A stretch of 64,000 bases of DNA from Deltaproteobacteria bacterium. GTDB lineage: Bacteria; Desulfobacterota; GWC2-55-46. The translations under genes and the position numbers were made by a program. Below the pieces are notes generated by a model, which worked only from the letters and a program-made list of their open reading frames with translations, had not been told where the DNA came from and did no database searches. The first letter of the stretch is position 1. Every line of letters starts with the position of its first letter. Positions 38,293-48,258 of this stretch are shown here, in pieces. The DNA lies in contig JACRCL010000001.1 of assembly GCA_016219015.1 (NCBI GenBank), forward strand, positions 70,308-134,307. The letters run 5' to 3'.

Positions 38293-38308
38293 TGCAATAC
38301 CTGTGCCA
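38293..38308 (-). promoter_or_regulatory. Sigma-54 promoter for the fliL-fliM-fliN-fliO-fliP-fliQ-fliR-flhB-flhA-flhF-flhG-fliA operon
   Basis: Minus strand reads TGGCACaggtaTTGCA, a perfect -24/-12 match, about 60 nt upstream of the corrected fliL ATG. Confidence 0.65.
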
Positions 38309-38427
38309 GAGAAAAAATCAGATGAGAGCCGTCCTCTAAAAGCCTTTGCAACCATTTATTTTTGTTAGGAAAAATATGGCTTCAGGGTGTCTGTGGGAGG
38401 TTGCGGGATTTTATTGCCGAGGGCTGA

Positions 38428-38464
38428 GTCAATCGATTGAATGAGAGCGCGTCATAAATATGAC
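38428..38464 (-). promoter_or_regulatory. Two adjacent GTCA-N6-TGAC-type palindromes (GTCAATCGATTGAa and GTCATAAATATGAC), FleQ-box-like enhancer
   Basis: Located 120-170 bp upstream of the fliL sigma-54 promoter, a typical EBP enhancer distance. The same box type occurs upstream of pseB. Confidence 0.35.
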
Positions 38465-38500
38465 GGAAAAACGGCTACTGAAAAAAAACATCGCCTTCTT

Positions 38501-38540
38501 TAAATAAAAAAACGGGGATGCGCCTTTCAGCGCACCCCCG
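38501..38540 (-). terminator. Rho-independent terminator downstream of flgE
   Basis: Minus strand reads GGGGGTGCGC-TGAAAG-GCGCATCCCC (10 bp stem, one G-U wobble) followed by GTTTTTTTATTT, about 25 nt after the flgE stop. Confidence 0.7.
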
Positions 38541-38568
38541 CTCTTTCTACCTGCTATTTTTTATCAGG

Positions 38569-40227
38569 CTATCTCTTCAGGTTCACAAGCTCCGCGAGGA
38601 GCTCGTCGGTGGTCGTTATCACCTTTGAGTTCGCCTGGAAGCCCCTCTGGGCCGTTATCATGTTGACGAACTCCTGCGCGAGGTCTACGTTGGACAGCTC
38701 CAGGGTCGAAGACTGCACGAGCCCCCTGCCGGAGGTGCCGGGCGCGCCTATGAGGGGCTGGCCGGAATCATAGGTCTCGGAATACAGGTTCATGCCCTCG
38801 TTCGAAAGGCCCATGGTGCTCGGGAAATCCGCCAGTATCACCTGCCCGAGGGTCATCTCAATCCCGTTAGTGAATATCCCGCTTATGACGCCGCTCTGGT
38901 CTATGCTCGTCCTCTGGAGCGAGCCGGACGAGTAGCCGTCCTGCGTCAGCATCGATACGGCCGAGTTCGTGCCGTACTGGGTAGTGCCGTCCATGCCGGT
39001 GCCCGCCTGCGCTATGCTCGTGCCGAAATCGAGCGAGATGAGCTGGTTCTGCAGGGCCCCGCCCGTGAAGTTGAACCCGCCCGTGGGGTACGTGACCGGG
39101 GATTCCGAATATAGCGCCCCGCTCGTATTGAAAGCGACCGTGCCCTGCGCCTGCACCTCCGTAGCCCCGCTCGTCGAATCCGCCGCGTCCACGACGGCGT
39201 ACCAGTCCCAGCTGTTGCCGACCGAGCCGAGCGAATCCTTCCTGAAATAAAGCGTCACCACGTGCGAGTTGCCGAGCGAATCATATACCGTGACGGGCGT
39301 GGAGAAGTTCGAGGTCTCGCCCGCCTTCGCAAGCGTGAACGCGCCTCCGGCAACGTCGCTCGTGTTCGTGGAGCCGGCCGCGAGCGCGCCCGAAGAGGCC
39401 GTAAACCCTAAGAGCGTAGATGAGGTCGAAAGGGCGTTGCCCCAGTCCAGCACGAGTGTCCCGGCGTTGCCCGTGTTGTTCGTTACCGAGAAGAGCCCCG
39501 TCTGGTCGTCGTAGGCGACGTCGTAGGTGTCGGCGTTGCCGTTGACGGACTCGAGCGCGGCCTTTATAGCGGCGCCTACCGTAGCCCCGGTGTTGGCGCT
39601 GCCGGAGGAGAGGCCGCCGTCGGTCACGAGGCTCGCCGTAAGCCAGGTCGTCCCCCCGTCCACGCTGAACCTCATGTTGTCGTTGGTCCCGGCGGTGAAG
39701 ACGTACCCGGTTACCGGCGAGTTCGAGTCGAGGTTGGCGGTAAGGTTGGCGCTTGTCGTGGCGTTGGGTGGCACGGTCTGCGTAGAGAGCTGAAGGTCCT
39801 GCAAAGTGTTCTGGAGGACGCCCGAAGAGTTGGCCATGTAGCCCTGCAGCCTCAGGCCTTCGGGGTTTATGACATAGCCGTCCTTGTCCGTGGTGAACTG
39901 GCCGGCCCTCGAGTAATACCTTGTGCTTAAGACCGGGTCCTTCACCATGTAGAAGCCGTTGCCGCTTATGGCCATGTCGAGCGAATTGCCGGTCGTCTCG
40001 AACGCGCCCTGTCCGAAGAGCTTCTGTATGGAGCCGACCTGGACGCCAAGGCCTATCTGGTTGGTCCCGGAGCCGCCGGTAAGGGTCTGGCTCAAGACGT
40101 CCCCGAAGGTTATCCTGCTCCCCTTGAAGCCGACGGTATTGACGTTGGCGATGTTGTTGCCTATTACCGAAAGGTTCGACATGTTGGCGTTAAGCCCGCT
40201 TATGCCCGTGTATAACGATGTCTGCAT
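38569..40227 (-). CDS. flgE: Flagellar hook protein FlgE
   Basis: 552 aa ORF. MQTSLYTGISGLNANMSNLSVIGNNIANVNTVGFK N-terminus and conserved C-terminus ...TTTDELLAELVNLKR. Confidence 0.9.
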   Translation of the reverse strand: MQTSLYTGISGLNANMSNLSVIGNNIANVNTVGFKGSRITFGDVLSQTLTGGSGTNQIGLGVQVGSIQKLFGQGAFETTGNSLDMAISGNGFYMVKDPVLSTRYYSRAGQFTTDKDGYVINPEGLRLQGYMANSSGVLQNTLQDLQLSTQTVPPNATTSANLTANLDSNSPVTGYVFTAGTNDNMRFSVDGGTTWLTASLVTDGGLSSGSANTGATVGAAIKAALESVNGNADTYDVAYDDQTGLFSVTNNTGNAGTLVLDWGNALSTSSTLLGFTASSGALAAGSTNTSDVAGGAFTLAKAGETSNFSTPVTVYDSLGNSHVVTLYFRKDSLGSVGNSWDWYAVVDAADSTSGATEVQAQGTVAFNTSGALYSESPVTYPTGGFNFTGGALQNQLISLDFGTSIAQAGTGMDGTTQYGTNSAVSMLTQDGYSSGSLQRTSIDQSGVISGIFTNGIEMTLGQVILADFPSTMGLSNEGMNLYSETYDSGQPLIGAPGTSGRGLVQSSTLELSNVDLAQEFVNMITAQRGFQANSKVITTTDELLAELVNLKR

Positions 40228-40250
40228 CCGTATCCTCCTTTTATATCCTG

Positions 40251-40907
40251 TTAGTAGATTTCTTTCACGTTGTCCATCGACACAACCGTCCCGCCCACGT
40301 TAAGCGACGCCTTGCCCGCGTCCAGCGTCACGCTCGACACCAACCCGGTAACGTACGGGAGCGCGCCTACTACTGAGTTGTTCGCGTCTTTCGCGTTGAC
40401 CGTGAAGGTATACGCGCCGGGGCTGACGACATTCCCGCTGTCGTCGGTGCCGTCCCAGTTTACCTCGTAGTACCCGCCCTGCGCTGGGCCCATCGTGATG
40501 TTCTTTACCGCCCTCCCCGCGCCGTCGTAGACGTTTATCGACGTGGACGCCGCTGTATTCGCGAGGTCGTAGCCGAATACGACCGGAGAACCGGCGAACC
40601 CGAACTGGTTGCCTCCCGCCTTCACGACCCTGCCGACGAGGCCCGCCGAGTTGTAGCTCTCAAGGGACGCCATGCCCTTTGACACGGAGTCCATCGAGGT
40701 ATTGAGGTTGGTTATCCCCTCGAGGGAGCTGAACTGCGCGAGCTGCGCCACGAACTGCGTGTTGTCCGTCGGGTTCAGCGGGTCCTGGTTCTGAAGCTGC
40801 GTTACCAGCAGTTTCAGGAAAGAGTCCTTGCCCATCGCGTCGTTGACGCCTGCCGAAGTGCTTGCAGTGCTTGAAGTGCCTGGAGTGCTTACCGCGCCTA
40901 CGTTCAT
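40251..40907 (-). CDS. flgD: Hook capping/scaffold protein FlgD
   Basis: 218 aa ORF. FlgD N-terminus (DSFLKLLVTQLQNQDPLNP) and a C-terminal FlgD Ig-like domain. Confidence 0.85.
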   Translation of the reverse strand: MNVGAVSTPGTSSTASTSAGVNDAMGKDSFLKLLVTQLQNQDPLNPTDNTQFVAQLAQFSSLEGITNLNTSMDSVSKGMASLESYNSAGLVGRVVKAGGNQFGFAGSPVVFGYDLANTAASTSINVYDGAGRAVKNITMGPAQGGYYEVNWDGTDDSGNVVSPGAYTFTVNAKDANNSVVGALPYVTGLVSSVTLDAGKASLNVGGTVVSMDNVKEIY

Positions 40908-40919
40908 ACTGACCTCCGT

Positions 40920-42161
40920 TTAAATGAATATGTCTATGCCGGTTCTGTTGACTGCCTTTTGATAAGGGGCCGTCTCCGCTTCATCTCCGGCCCTTCCGTT
41001 GTCCCTGAAATTATTGTTGCTGCCGCCGAAGCCGCCGCCCGCGCCCTGATACCCATCCCTTTCGGACGGGGTGTTGAGCCCGATGGAGAACTGTTCGAGC
41101 GTAAGGCCGTTCTGACTGAAAATTTCCTTGAGCCTGCCGGTATCCGTACTTAATATTTCCTTTACCGCGTTGTTCTCGACGAGCACTTCCGCCTTTACTG
41201 ACTTGTCCTCTATCGAAAGCGTTATCCGCATCTCGCCGAGGTGCTCGGGGTGGAGGCTCATGCGCACGGAGCCGCCCTCGCGCGCGATGCTCATCTTTAC
41301 GCCCGAACTGAGCTTCTCATAAATATCCGGGTAACTGACTTTTGCATCAGCCTTTTCCGGCGTGACCTGCTCAACCCTGAGCTGGACAGCGGGGACAGGT
41401 CCCTGAGCCGCTTTCAGGCAATTCTGGCCGTTGTCTTTGTGTTTGGCGTCACCGCCGGTATTATTCGACCCGCCCTCAGCGCCGATAGCGGCGGGGACGA
41501 CTGCGGCAGCCGTCTTTACTTCCGTATCGGCCTTTGCTGTCTCCGCGCCCTTTTCGTCTGTAATGGGCTCAAGCTCGATAGGCTCGCCCGGGACTGTAGT
41601 TAAACCGTCTTTTTCATCCACGGCGTCTTTTTTAATCCCCTTTCCATGGGCCTCGGACGCTTTTACCTCCACCTCATCCTGAACAATATCATCGAGCTCG
41701 ATGATATCCTCGGCCACGGCCGCGCGGTTGTCAGCGGGCTTTACGACAGTCTCCCGGTATCCTGACGCGGAGGCCGTTGCTTCCGGGGCGCTCTCAGACG
41801 CTTGATCGGCCTGTCCGTCGATTTCGGCCTGCAAGACCCCGGCATCTGCGGGAGCGCTCTCCGTCTGGCCGGCGTCATTGACTGAAGCGGCCCCGGCCTG
41901 AGGGATGTATTGAGGGAAGAACAGCGTAATGGCGTTCCGGACGTCTTCCTCCGGGCCTTTGGCTTCATCCCTAACAGGCTTTACCTCTCCATCTGCGCCT
42001 GTCTCCGGGGCCTCGGGCACGGCCTTCGTATTGGCGCCGTTCGCCGAAAGGGCGCTGTCCATCTCTTTTGAGAATGCGTTCGAGCCCTCTTGGTCTGCTG
42101 GCGTTGGCTCGCAGGCTCCTGCGTTCGTCTGTGTCTGCACTGTGATAACTGAGATATCCAT
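40920..42161 (-). CDS. fliK: Hook-length control protein FliK
   Basis: 413 aa acidic, low-complexity protein. C-terminal Flg_hook domain (MSLHPEHLGEMRITL). Confidence 0.75.
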   Translation of the reverse strand: MDISVITVQTQTNAGACEPTPADQEGSNAFSKEMDSALSANGANTKAVPEAPETGADGEVKPVRDEAKGPEEDVRNAITLFFPQYIPQAGAASVNDAGQTESAPADAGVLQAEIDGQADQASESAPEATASASGYRETVVKPADNRAAVAEDIIELDDIVQDEVEVKASEAHGKGIKKDAVDEKDGLTTVPGEPIELEPITDEKGAETAKADTEVKTAAAVVPAAIGAEGGSNNTGGDAKHKDNGQNCLKAAQGPVPAVQLRVEQVTPEKADAKVSYPDIYEKLSSGVKMSIAREGGSVRMSLHPEHLGEMRITLSIEDKSVKAEVLVENNAVKEILSTDTGRLKEIFSQNGLTLEQFSIGLNTPSERDGYQGAGGGFGGSNNNFRDNGRAGDEAETAPYQKAVNRTGIDIFI

Positions 42162-42198
42162 GAAAGTCCTTTTGCTAAAATATTTGCCTTGGTATTTA

Positions 42199-42213
42199 GC
42201 AATAGCCGTGCCA
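42199..42213 (-). promoter_or_regulatory. Sigma-54 promoter for the fliK-flgD-flgE operon
   Basis: Minus strand reads TGGCACggctaTTGCt, a perfect -24/-12 match, about 38 nt upstream of the fliK ATG, with an AT-rich region of roughly 235 bp further upstream. Confidence 0.65.
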
Positions 42214-42460
42214 CAGTCTGATATAAAAAAATAGGCCGTGAAAACAAGAGGTTAGAAAGAAGGCGTAATGGAAGGTATTATCGGGTGCGAATTCGACGAG
42301 GCAGATTTTTCCGCTTGAAGGAAGTTTTTTCCTTTGCCGGAGATGAGGATTTTATTTGATAGGTCTGAAGGATAAATGCAGTGAACGGAAAGAAGCGGAT
42401 GGAAATGGACGGGTCCATGATATTCCTGGCCCGATATGCTTGGCGGAAAAAATCCGGAGG

Positions 42461-42982
42461 TCAGTTGTCCTTTACCTGCAATGCCTTGCTGAGCTTTACC
42501 GACTTCGCCACGTCCACGAAGCCGAGTATCTTCGCGGCCTTCTTCTCGCTGACGGAAGCAAGTATCATGACCGCGAGGTCCTGGTCGAGCTTCTCGATCC
42601 TGGCGGCGGCCTCCTCGGGGCTCATTGATTCGTATATCTTCACGAGCCTCTTTACCCTCTCGCCGTTTATCTCGTCTATCTTTTTTACGAGCGTCTCGAT
42701 GGAGCCCTGGACCTTCTTAAGCTCCGCTATCCGGGCGTTCACGTCCTCCCTTATCGCGGAGACCCTCTCTTCCCGGGCCTTGAGCTCCTCCTCCCTCGAA
42801 TCGAGCTCCTTCTGCCTCCTGCCGACGGACTCTATGAGCGCCCTGTCCCTGTCGCCGGGGGCCGGTATGGTCTTCTTTAATGCGGCCTCGTCAAGGACCG
42901 GGGCGCCCGCCTGGACGGTAAACGCTCCGGCGACCATCAAGGCCGCGGCCGCGCACGAGACGATGGACTTAAGTCTTTTCAC
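42461..42982 (-). CDS. Secreted coiled-coil protein with a MgtE_N-like C-terminus (MotE/FlbB-like flagellar accessory protein)
   Basis: 173 aa ORF with signal peptide, coiled coil, and a C-terminal VKIYESMSPEEAAARIEKLDQDLAVMILASVSEKKAAKIL segment resembling MgtE_N/FliG-like helices. Last gene after fliJ. Confidence 0.45.
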   Translation of the reverse strand: MKRLKSIVSCAAAALMVAGAFTVQAGAPVLDEAALKKTIPAPGDRDRALIESVGRRQKELDSREEELKAREERVSAIREDVNARIAELKKVQGSIETLVKKIDEINGERVKRLVKIYESMSPEEAAARIEKLDQDLAVMILASVSEKKAAKILGFVDVAKSVKLSKALQVKDN

Positions 42983-43428
42983 TGGTTGCCGCTCCTTTTA
43001 TAGAGGCTGTTGACCATGTCATCAGTCGCCTTCTGGTCCTCCCTGTTCAAGCCTTCCCTGTGGGAATTTAAGGACCTCTCCTTCATTATCTCGAGGACCT
43101 TTTTCCCCTTCGAGGCCTCAATGAGCCGCGCCCTGTTGACCTCTAACGCCTCCCTGAACTCCTTCAGTATCTTTTCATGCTCGTCTATCCTGTTCTTCAG
43201 ACCCGCGATGTAGAGGTAATAGAGGTTTATCTCCTCCACGCCCGAGCCGTTCTCCTTCATATCGTCTATCTCTCCAGCGGCCCTGCGGCTTGAGGCCTTG
43301 AGGCAGTTAAGCCTTGCCTCCTCGTCCTCGAGCCTCTTTAACGCCTCCGAGAACTCCTTCTGGCATATCTCCTCGATGCGCTGCCGGTATTCATACAGCG
43401 GCTCGAGCTTGAAGACGAACCTTCCCAT
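42979..43428 (-). CDS. fliJ: Flagellar export chaperone/stalk protein FliJ
   Basis: 149 aa coiled-coil protein immediately downstream of fliI. Confidence 0.7.
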   Translation of the reverse strand: MGRFVFKLEPLYEYRQRIEEICQKEFSEALKRLEDEEARLNCLKASSRRAAGEIDDMKENGSGVEEINLYYLYIAGLKNRIDEHEKILKEFREALEVNRARLIEASKGKKVLEIMKERSLNSHREGLNREDQKATDDMVNSLYKRSGNQ

Positions 43429-43431
43429 GCC

Positions 43432-44757
43432 TTACACTCCCAGGCCGAAGAGGGTCTGGAGACAGTCCTCGTAGCCGGCCTTCTCGCTTATGTCCTGCCT
43501 CAAAAACGCGTTTATCCTGTCTATCACCTTTATCGAGTGGTCTACCCTCGGGTCGCTCCCCTCCTTGTACGCGCCGATGCTTATGAGGTCGTACGCCTTC
43601 CTGTAAGTCGCAAGCGCCGATTTAAGGCCCATGGCGCACTTCCTGTGTTCCGGGGTGACAATATCCATCATGACCCTGCTTACGCTCGTAAGGATGTCTA
43701 TGGCCGGGAAGTGCCCCTGGGAGGCAAGCTCCCTCGTAAGGACTATGTGGCCGTCGAGTATGGCGCGGGCCGCGTCCGCTACAGGGTCGTTCACGTCGTC
43801 GCCCTCGGCGAGTATCGTGTAGAACCCGGTGATGGTGCCCCTGCCGCCGGAAGTGCCCGCGCGCTCAAGCAGCCTCGGGAGGAGCGCGAAGACCGAAGGC
43901 GGGTAGCCTTTGGTAGCCGGGGGCTCGCCGACGGCAAGGCCCACCTCCCTTTGCGCCATCGCGAAGCGCGTTATCGAATCCATCATCAAAAGGACGTCCG
44001 AGTCCCGGTCCCTGAAGTATTCGGCTATGGCCGTGGCCATGAGGGCCGCCCTCATCCTTACAAGGGGCGCCTCGTCGGAGGTGGCCACTATCAGGACGGA
44101 CCTCTTCAAGCCCTCTTCGCCGAGGTCCTTCTCGATGAACTCCTTTACCTCCCTGCCGCGCTCGCCGACAAGGGCTATGACGTTCACGTCGGCTTCCGTG
44201 TTCCTCGCCATCATGCCGAGGAGCACGCTTTTCCCCACGCCGCTGCCCGCGAATATCCCGACCCTCTGGCCCTTCCCGACGGTAAGGACGCCGTTTATCG
44301 CCTTTATGCCGACGTTAAGAGGCCTGTCGATGCGTTTCCGCGCGAGCGGGGAAGGCGGCTTCGAGTAGAGCGGGTATTCGCATTCGGCCGCTATCGGGCC
44401 GAGGCCGTCGATGGGGTTCCCGAGCCCGTCAAGGGTCCTGCCGAGGAGCCCTCTGCCGACGCTTACGCCCGAACTCTTTCTCCTTGACACTATCTTGCTG
44501 CCCGGGCCTATGCCCCTGACCTCTCCGAGCGGCATAAGGAGTATCTTATCGTCGGAAAAACCCACGACCTCGCACAGCACCGGGGCGCTGTCGTCGCCGG
44601 GGTATACGTGGCAGCACTCGCCGACGGAGGAGCCGGGGCCGTGACCTTCCATCACAAGCCCGACGACCCTCGTGACCCTGCCGTTAATCCTTATCGGGTT
44701 CGTCTCCTCTATGGCGCGCGCGCGGCGCTTGAGGGTGTTGGAGGCCTCAGTGTGCAT
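43432..44757 (-). CDS. fliI: Flagellum-specific ATPase FliI
   Basis: 441 aa ORF. Walker A GSGVGKS and the T3SS ATPase family core. Confidence 0.95.
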   Translation of the reverse strand: MHTEASNTLKRRARAIEETNPIRINGRVTRVVGLVMEGHGPGSSVGECCHVYPGDDSAPVLCEVVGFSDDKILLMPLGEVRGIGPGSKIVSRRKSSGVSVGRGLLGRTLDGLGNPIDGLGPIAAECEYPLYSKPPSPLARKRIDRPLNVGIKAINGVLTVGKGQRVGIFAGSGVGKSVLLGMMARNTEADVNVIALVGERGREVKEFIEKDLGEEGLKRSVLIVATSDEAPLVRMRAALMATAIAEYFRDRDSDVLLMMDSITRFAMAQREVGLAVGEPPATKGYPPSVFALLPRLLERAGTSGGRGTITGFYTILAEGDDVNDPVADAARAILDGHIVLTRELASQGHFPAIDILTSVSRVMMDIVTPEHRKCAMGLKSALATYRKAYDLISIGAYKEGSDPRVDHSIKVIDRINAFLRQDISEKAGYEDCLQTLFGLGV

Positions 44758-45376
44758 CCCTGAGCTTCTCCTCTATCTCGGCCATGAGGGACTCGATTGT
44801 CGAGTCTATCTCGCCGTAGTTCGTGTCTATCACGCAGCCGCCTCTGGATATGGCCTCGTCGCCCTCGACCTTGACGCCCTTTATGCCGCTGCCGTACCTG
44901 GCAAGGTCGCCGCAGTTATTTACGAGTACCTCAAGGTCTTTGGTGTTCACCTTTATGAGCACCTCGCCCCCCGTGGATACGGTCTTCAAAGCGTTTCTTA
45001 CGCAGCCGAGCACGGCGTCCTTTCTCGTTTCGATCTCCGTCTGGATGACCTTCTTGGCTATGGCGAGGCTCAACTCGGCCATCTCGGCCTCGCAGCGCCT
45101 GTAGAGGCTCTCCCTCAGGTTGGTAATCTCCTCCAGCAGGCCCGAAAGCCCGCTGAAGAGCACCTCGGCCTTCTGCCTGCCGAACTCGAAGCCCGCCTTC
45201 TCGCCGGCCTTGAAGCCGAGCTCGTAGGCATCCTTCTCCCTCTGGAGCAGGCTCCCGCCGACGTCCTCGCCCGCTTCGTCCGGGCCTGTTATCAGCCCGG
45301 CCAGGTCCTCCATCACGAAGGGCTCGGCGCCGATATCAGCGCTCGTCTTGAATATCCTGGACCTAGACAAGGACAT
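44747..45376 (-). CDS. fliH: Flagellar export ATPase regulator FliH
   Basis: 209 aa ORF. FliH fold; position fliG-fliH-fliI. Confidence 0.75.
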   Translation of the reverse strand: MSLSRSRIFKTSADIGAEPFVMEDLAGLITGPDEAGEDVGGSLLQREKDAYELGFKAGEKAGFEFGRQKAEVLFSGLSGLLEEITNLRESLYRRCEAEMAELSLAIAKKVIQTEIETRKDAVLGCVRNALKTVSTGGEVLIKVNTKDLEVLVNNCGDLARYGSGIKGVKVEGDEAISRGGCVIDTNYGEIDSTIESLMAEIEEKLRDAH

Positions 45377-46373
45377 CGCCGCCCTTCCCGGACCTCATGA
45401 CCTTGCCTTCCTGCTCGAGCCTGCGCGCTATCTTTATTATCTCCTGCTGCGCCTTCTCCACGTCCGAGAGCTTCACGGGGCCCTTCGCCTCTATGTCTTC
45501 CCTGAGCATCTCCGCGCCCCTTTCGGACATGTTATTGAAGAACTGCTCCCTTATGCCCTCGTCCGAGCCCTTCAGGGCGACGCTTAAGACGTCCCCGGAG
45601 AGCTCTTTTATTATGAGCTGCATGCCCCTTGAGTCTATGCCGAGGAGGTCCTGGAAGACGAACATCTTCTCCTGTATCTTGATGGCAAGGTCCGGGCTCG
45701 TCTTCTCTATTATCTCCATTATCTCGCCCTCCGACTTGGGCTCTATCTGGTTCAATATCTCGGCGGCTATCTTTATGCCCTCCACGGTGTTGCCCTGTCC
45801 GCTGTCGGCGTTGAGCATCTGCTCGCTTATGAGGAGCTCGAGGTCCTTTACCGCGGAATGGGGTATCCTCTTGAGGTTCGCCACCCTCAGCATCACTTCC
45901 CCCCTGACCCTTTCCTCAGGGAGGTGGAGGAGCACCGTAGCGGCCCTTTCGGGGTCGAGGTGCGTGAGTATCAACGCTATTATCTGCGGGTGCTCGCCTT
46001 TTATTATGTTCGCCACTATCGCCGGGTCCATCCATTTCAGCGACTCTATGCCGCCCCCGCCGCCTATCTCCCTCGTTATCTGGTCGAGTATGAACTGGGC
46101 CTTCTCCGCGCCGAGCGTCTTTGTTATCACGCTCCTTGTGAACTCAAGCCCCTCCACGGCGACCTCGCCCTTGTTTATAAGGTCGGCGAACTCGCCGACG
46201 ACCTGCCTGCCTATCTGGAGGGAGACCGTGTCCCTTTTAACTATGGTCCCGCCAATGAGCTTCATCTCCGAGGGCGACATGTGCCTCATGACCTCCCCGG
46301 CGAGGTCCTCCCCGAGGTTCATGAGCAGTATCGCCGCTTTCTCGACGCCGTTAAGCTTTTGTTCGCGCACCAT
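45363..46373 (-). CDS. fliG: Flagellar rotor protein FliG
   Basis: 336 aa ORF. FliG N-terminal, middle and C-terminal domains (LLMNLGEDLAGEVMRHM...). Confidence 0.9.
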   Translation of the reverse strand: MVREQKLNGVEKAAILLMNLGEDLAGEVMRHMSPSEMKLIGGTIVKRDTVSLQIGRQVVGEFADLINKGEVAVEGLEFTRSVITKTLGAEKAQFILDQITREIGGGGGIESLKWMDPAIVANIIKGEHPQIIALILTHLDPERAATVLLHLPEERVRGEVMLRVANLKRIPHSAVKDLELLISEQMLNADSGQGNTVEGIKIAAEILNQIEPKSEGEIMEIIEKTSPDLAIKIQEKMFVFQDLLGIDSRGMQLIIKELSGDVLSVALKGSDEGIREQFFNNMSERGAEMLREDIEAKGPVKLSDVEKAQQEIIKIARRLEQEGKVMRSGKGGDVLV

Positions 46374-47939
46374 CTATCTCTCCTTGATCCAGCTCTTCAG
46401 CACCATCGCCACCTGCTGGGGGTTCTCCCTGACAGTCTTTTTAATCCTCTCCAGAGAATCCTCCTCGCCCGCCTCAAGGGCGGCCTCCTGCCCGGGCTGA
46501 AGCCCCCTGAAACCGTTGGGCAGGGTCTTCTGTATCGCCTCCAGGGCCGCGTTCTCCTGGGTAAGCCTCTTTATTATCGGCCGGAGGATGAAGATTATGG
46601 CGAATATCGCTATGAGCGCCACCGAGCCGTACCTTATTATCGAAGGCAGCATGTAGGGCGGGATAAAGGGCTCCTTTTCAGCCGCCATGCCCGCCTCTGA
46701 GAAATCCTGCTCAAAGGGCGCGCTGACAACGGTTATCGCGTCCCCGCGCTTGTCCGAATACCCGACCGCGCCCTTTACCATCTCGGTGAACTTCGCCAGG
46801 TCCTCGTCGGTACGCGCGTTGTATTTGCGGGCCTCCTTGCCGTCCGCGCCCTTTGCCATCTCGTATGTGCCGTCCACGAGCACCGATATCGAAAGCCTCT
46901 TTATCGCCCCTACGGGCTCTATGACGTGCGTTACAGCCTTGCTTATCTCGTAGTTTATGACCTCGTCCTGCCTGTGCGTCTGCGCGGGCGTCGAGTTCGC
47001 CTGCTTCTGGTTCCCCCCTGGCAGGTTCGACATCACGCCCGGCACGCCGAGCGCCAGCGCCCCGCCGACGGTATTTTCCTTGTTCCTGTGCTCGCTCCTT
47101 ACAACCTGCCCGTCCGGGTTATAGGTCTCCTCGGTCCTCTCCACCTGCTTCGTGTCGACCTCGGCCGAGACCCGGGCCACTACCTTGCCCGCGCCCACGG
47201 CCTTCTCGATCATGCTTTGAACGCGGGACTCGATGTCCTTCTCAAGCCCCCTCTTGTACTCAAGCTGCGAGGCCGTGAGCTTAAGGGAGGCGTCGTCGTC
47301 CGACTCCTTCGTCCACATGCGCCCGGCGGTGTCTACCACCGTGACGTCCTCGGGCCTCAGGTTATCGGAGCTGTTGGCAACGAGGTGGACTATCGAGCTT
47401 ACCTGCCCCTGTGAAAGCGTCTTGCCGGGCTTTAGCTTTACGATTATCGACGCGCGAGCCTTTTTCTGCTCCTCGAGGAAGACCCCCTTCTCGGGAAGCG
47501 CGAGGTGGACCCGCGCCGATTCTATCTCCTTTATCTGTGAGATGGTGCGCGCAAGCTCCCCCTGCAGCGCCCTCTTGTAATTGATCTTCTGGACGAAGTC
47601 CGTAACTCCGAAGCCGGCCTTGTCGAATATCTCGAACCCGACCCCTCCGCCCTGCGGCAACCCCGCGCCGGCAAGCTCCATCCTGGTCTCGTAGACCTTC
47701 TCCGACGGGACGCTTATGGTAGTGCCGTCCACGGTGTAGGGTATCCTTTTCTCCTTGAGCTTCTCTATGACGGCCCCGGAATCCTCCGGCGAGAGCTGAG
47801 AGTAGAGCAGGTGGTACTCGGGGGCCCTGTTGAATATGAGGAATACTACCGCGGCCGCCACGGCGAGGGCCGCTCCCCCGAGGAGGACAGCGGTCCTGCC
47901 GGAGCCGAGCTTTTTGAAGTATTCAAGGAGCTTTTCCAT
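46374..47939 (-). CDS. fliF: Flagellar MS-ring protein FliF
   Basis: 521 aa ORF with two TM segments flanking a large periplasmic region; YscJ/FliF family. Confidence 0.9.
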   Translation of the reverse strand: MEKLLEYFKKLGSGRTAVLLGGAALAVAAAVVFLIFNRAPEYHLLYSQLSPEDSGAVIEKLKEKRIPYTVDGTTISVPSEKVYETRMELAGAGLPQGGGVGFEIFDKAGFGVTDFVQKINYKRALQGELARTISQIKEIESARVHLALPEKGVFLEEQKKARASIIVKLKPGKTLSQGQVSSIVHLVANSSDNLRPEDVTVVDTAGRMWTKESDDDASLKLTASQLEYKRGLEKDIESRVQSMIEKAVGAGKVVARVSAEVDTKQVERTEETYNPDGQVVRSEHRNKENTVGGALALGVPGVMSNLPGGNQKQANSTPAQTHRQDEVINYEISKAVTHVIEPVGAIKRLSISVLVDGTYEMAKGADGKEARKYNARTDEDLAKFTEMVKGAVGYSDKRGDAITVVSAPFEQDFSEAGMAAEKEPFIPPYMLPSIIRYGSVALIAIFAIIFILRPIIKRLTQENAALEAIQKTLPNGFRGLQPGQEAALEAGEEDSLERIKKTVRENPQQVAMVLKSWIKER

Positions 47940-47942
47940 AGT

Positions 47943-48236
47943 TTAAACCTGTGTCCTCATTATCTCCTCGTAGGCCTGCACGAGCTTATTCCTTACCTGC
48001 ACCATCATGTTGAACGAGATGTTGGCCTTCTCTATGGCTATCATGGTGTCGTGTATGTTATTGAGCTCCCCCTTGGCGAGCCCCTGTATCGCTACGTCGG
48101 CCTCCTGCTGGAGGTTATTGACCTTGCTTATCGAGTCCTTGAGCGCCGTCGCGAAGGTATCGTTGGCGCCGGTCTGGGTCTTGACGGCCGGGCCGGTGTT
48201 GAGGTTTAAAAGGTTATTCTTGATGGGCTCTACCAT
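47943..48236 (-). CDS. fliE: Flagellar hook-basal body protein FliE
   Basis: 97 aa ORF. FliE C-terminus (ISFNMMVQVRNKLVQAYEEIMRTQV). Confidence 0.85.
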   Translation of the reverse strand: MVEPIKNNLLNLNTGPAVKTQTGANDTFATALKDSISKVNNLQQEADVAIQGLAKGELNNIHDTMIAIEKANISFNMMVQVRNKLVQAYEEIMRTQV

Positions 48237-48258
48237 GCCGGACCTCCTGCGTTTATTC

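Noticed and set aside
42230-42395. Possible 52-aa minus-strand ORF (MDPSISIRFFPFTAF...) in the AT-rich tract upstream of fliK
   Set aside because: Codon usage (TTT, ATT, AAA rich) is unlike the rest of the genome and there is no SD. More likely non-coding enhancer DNA.
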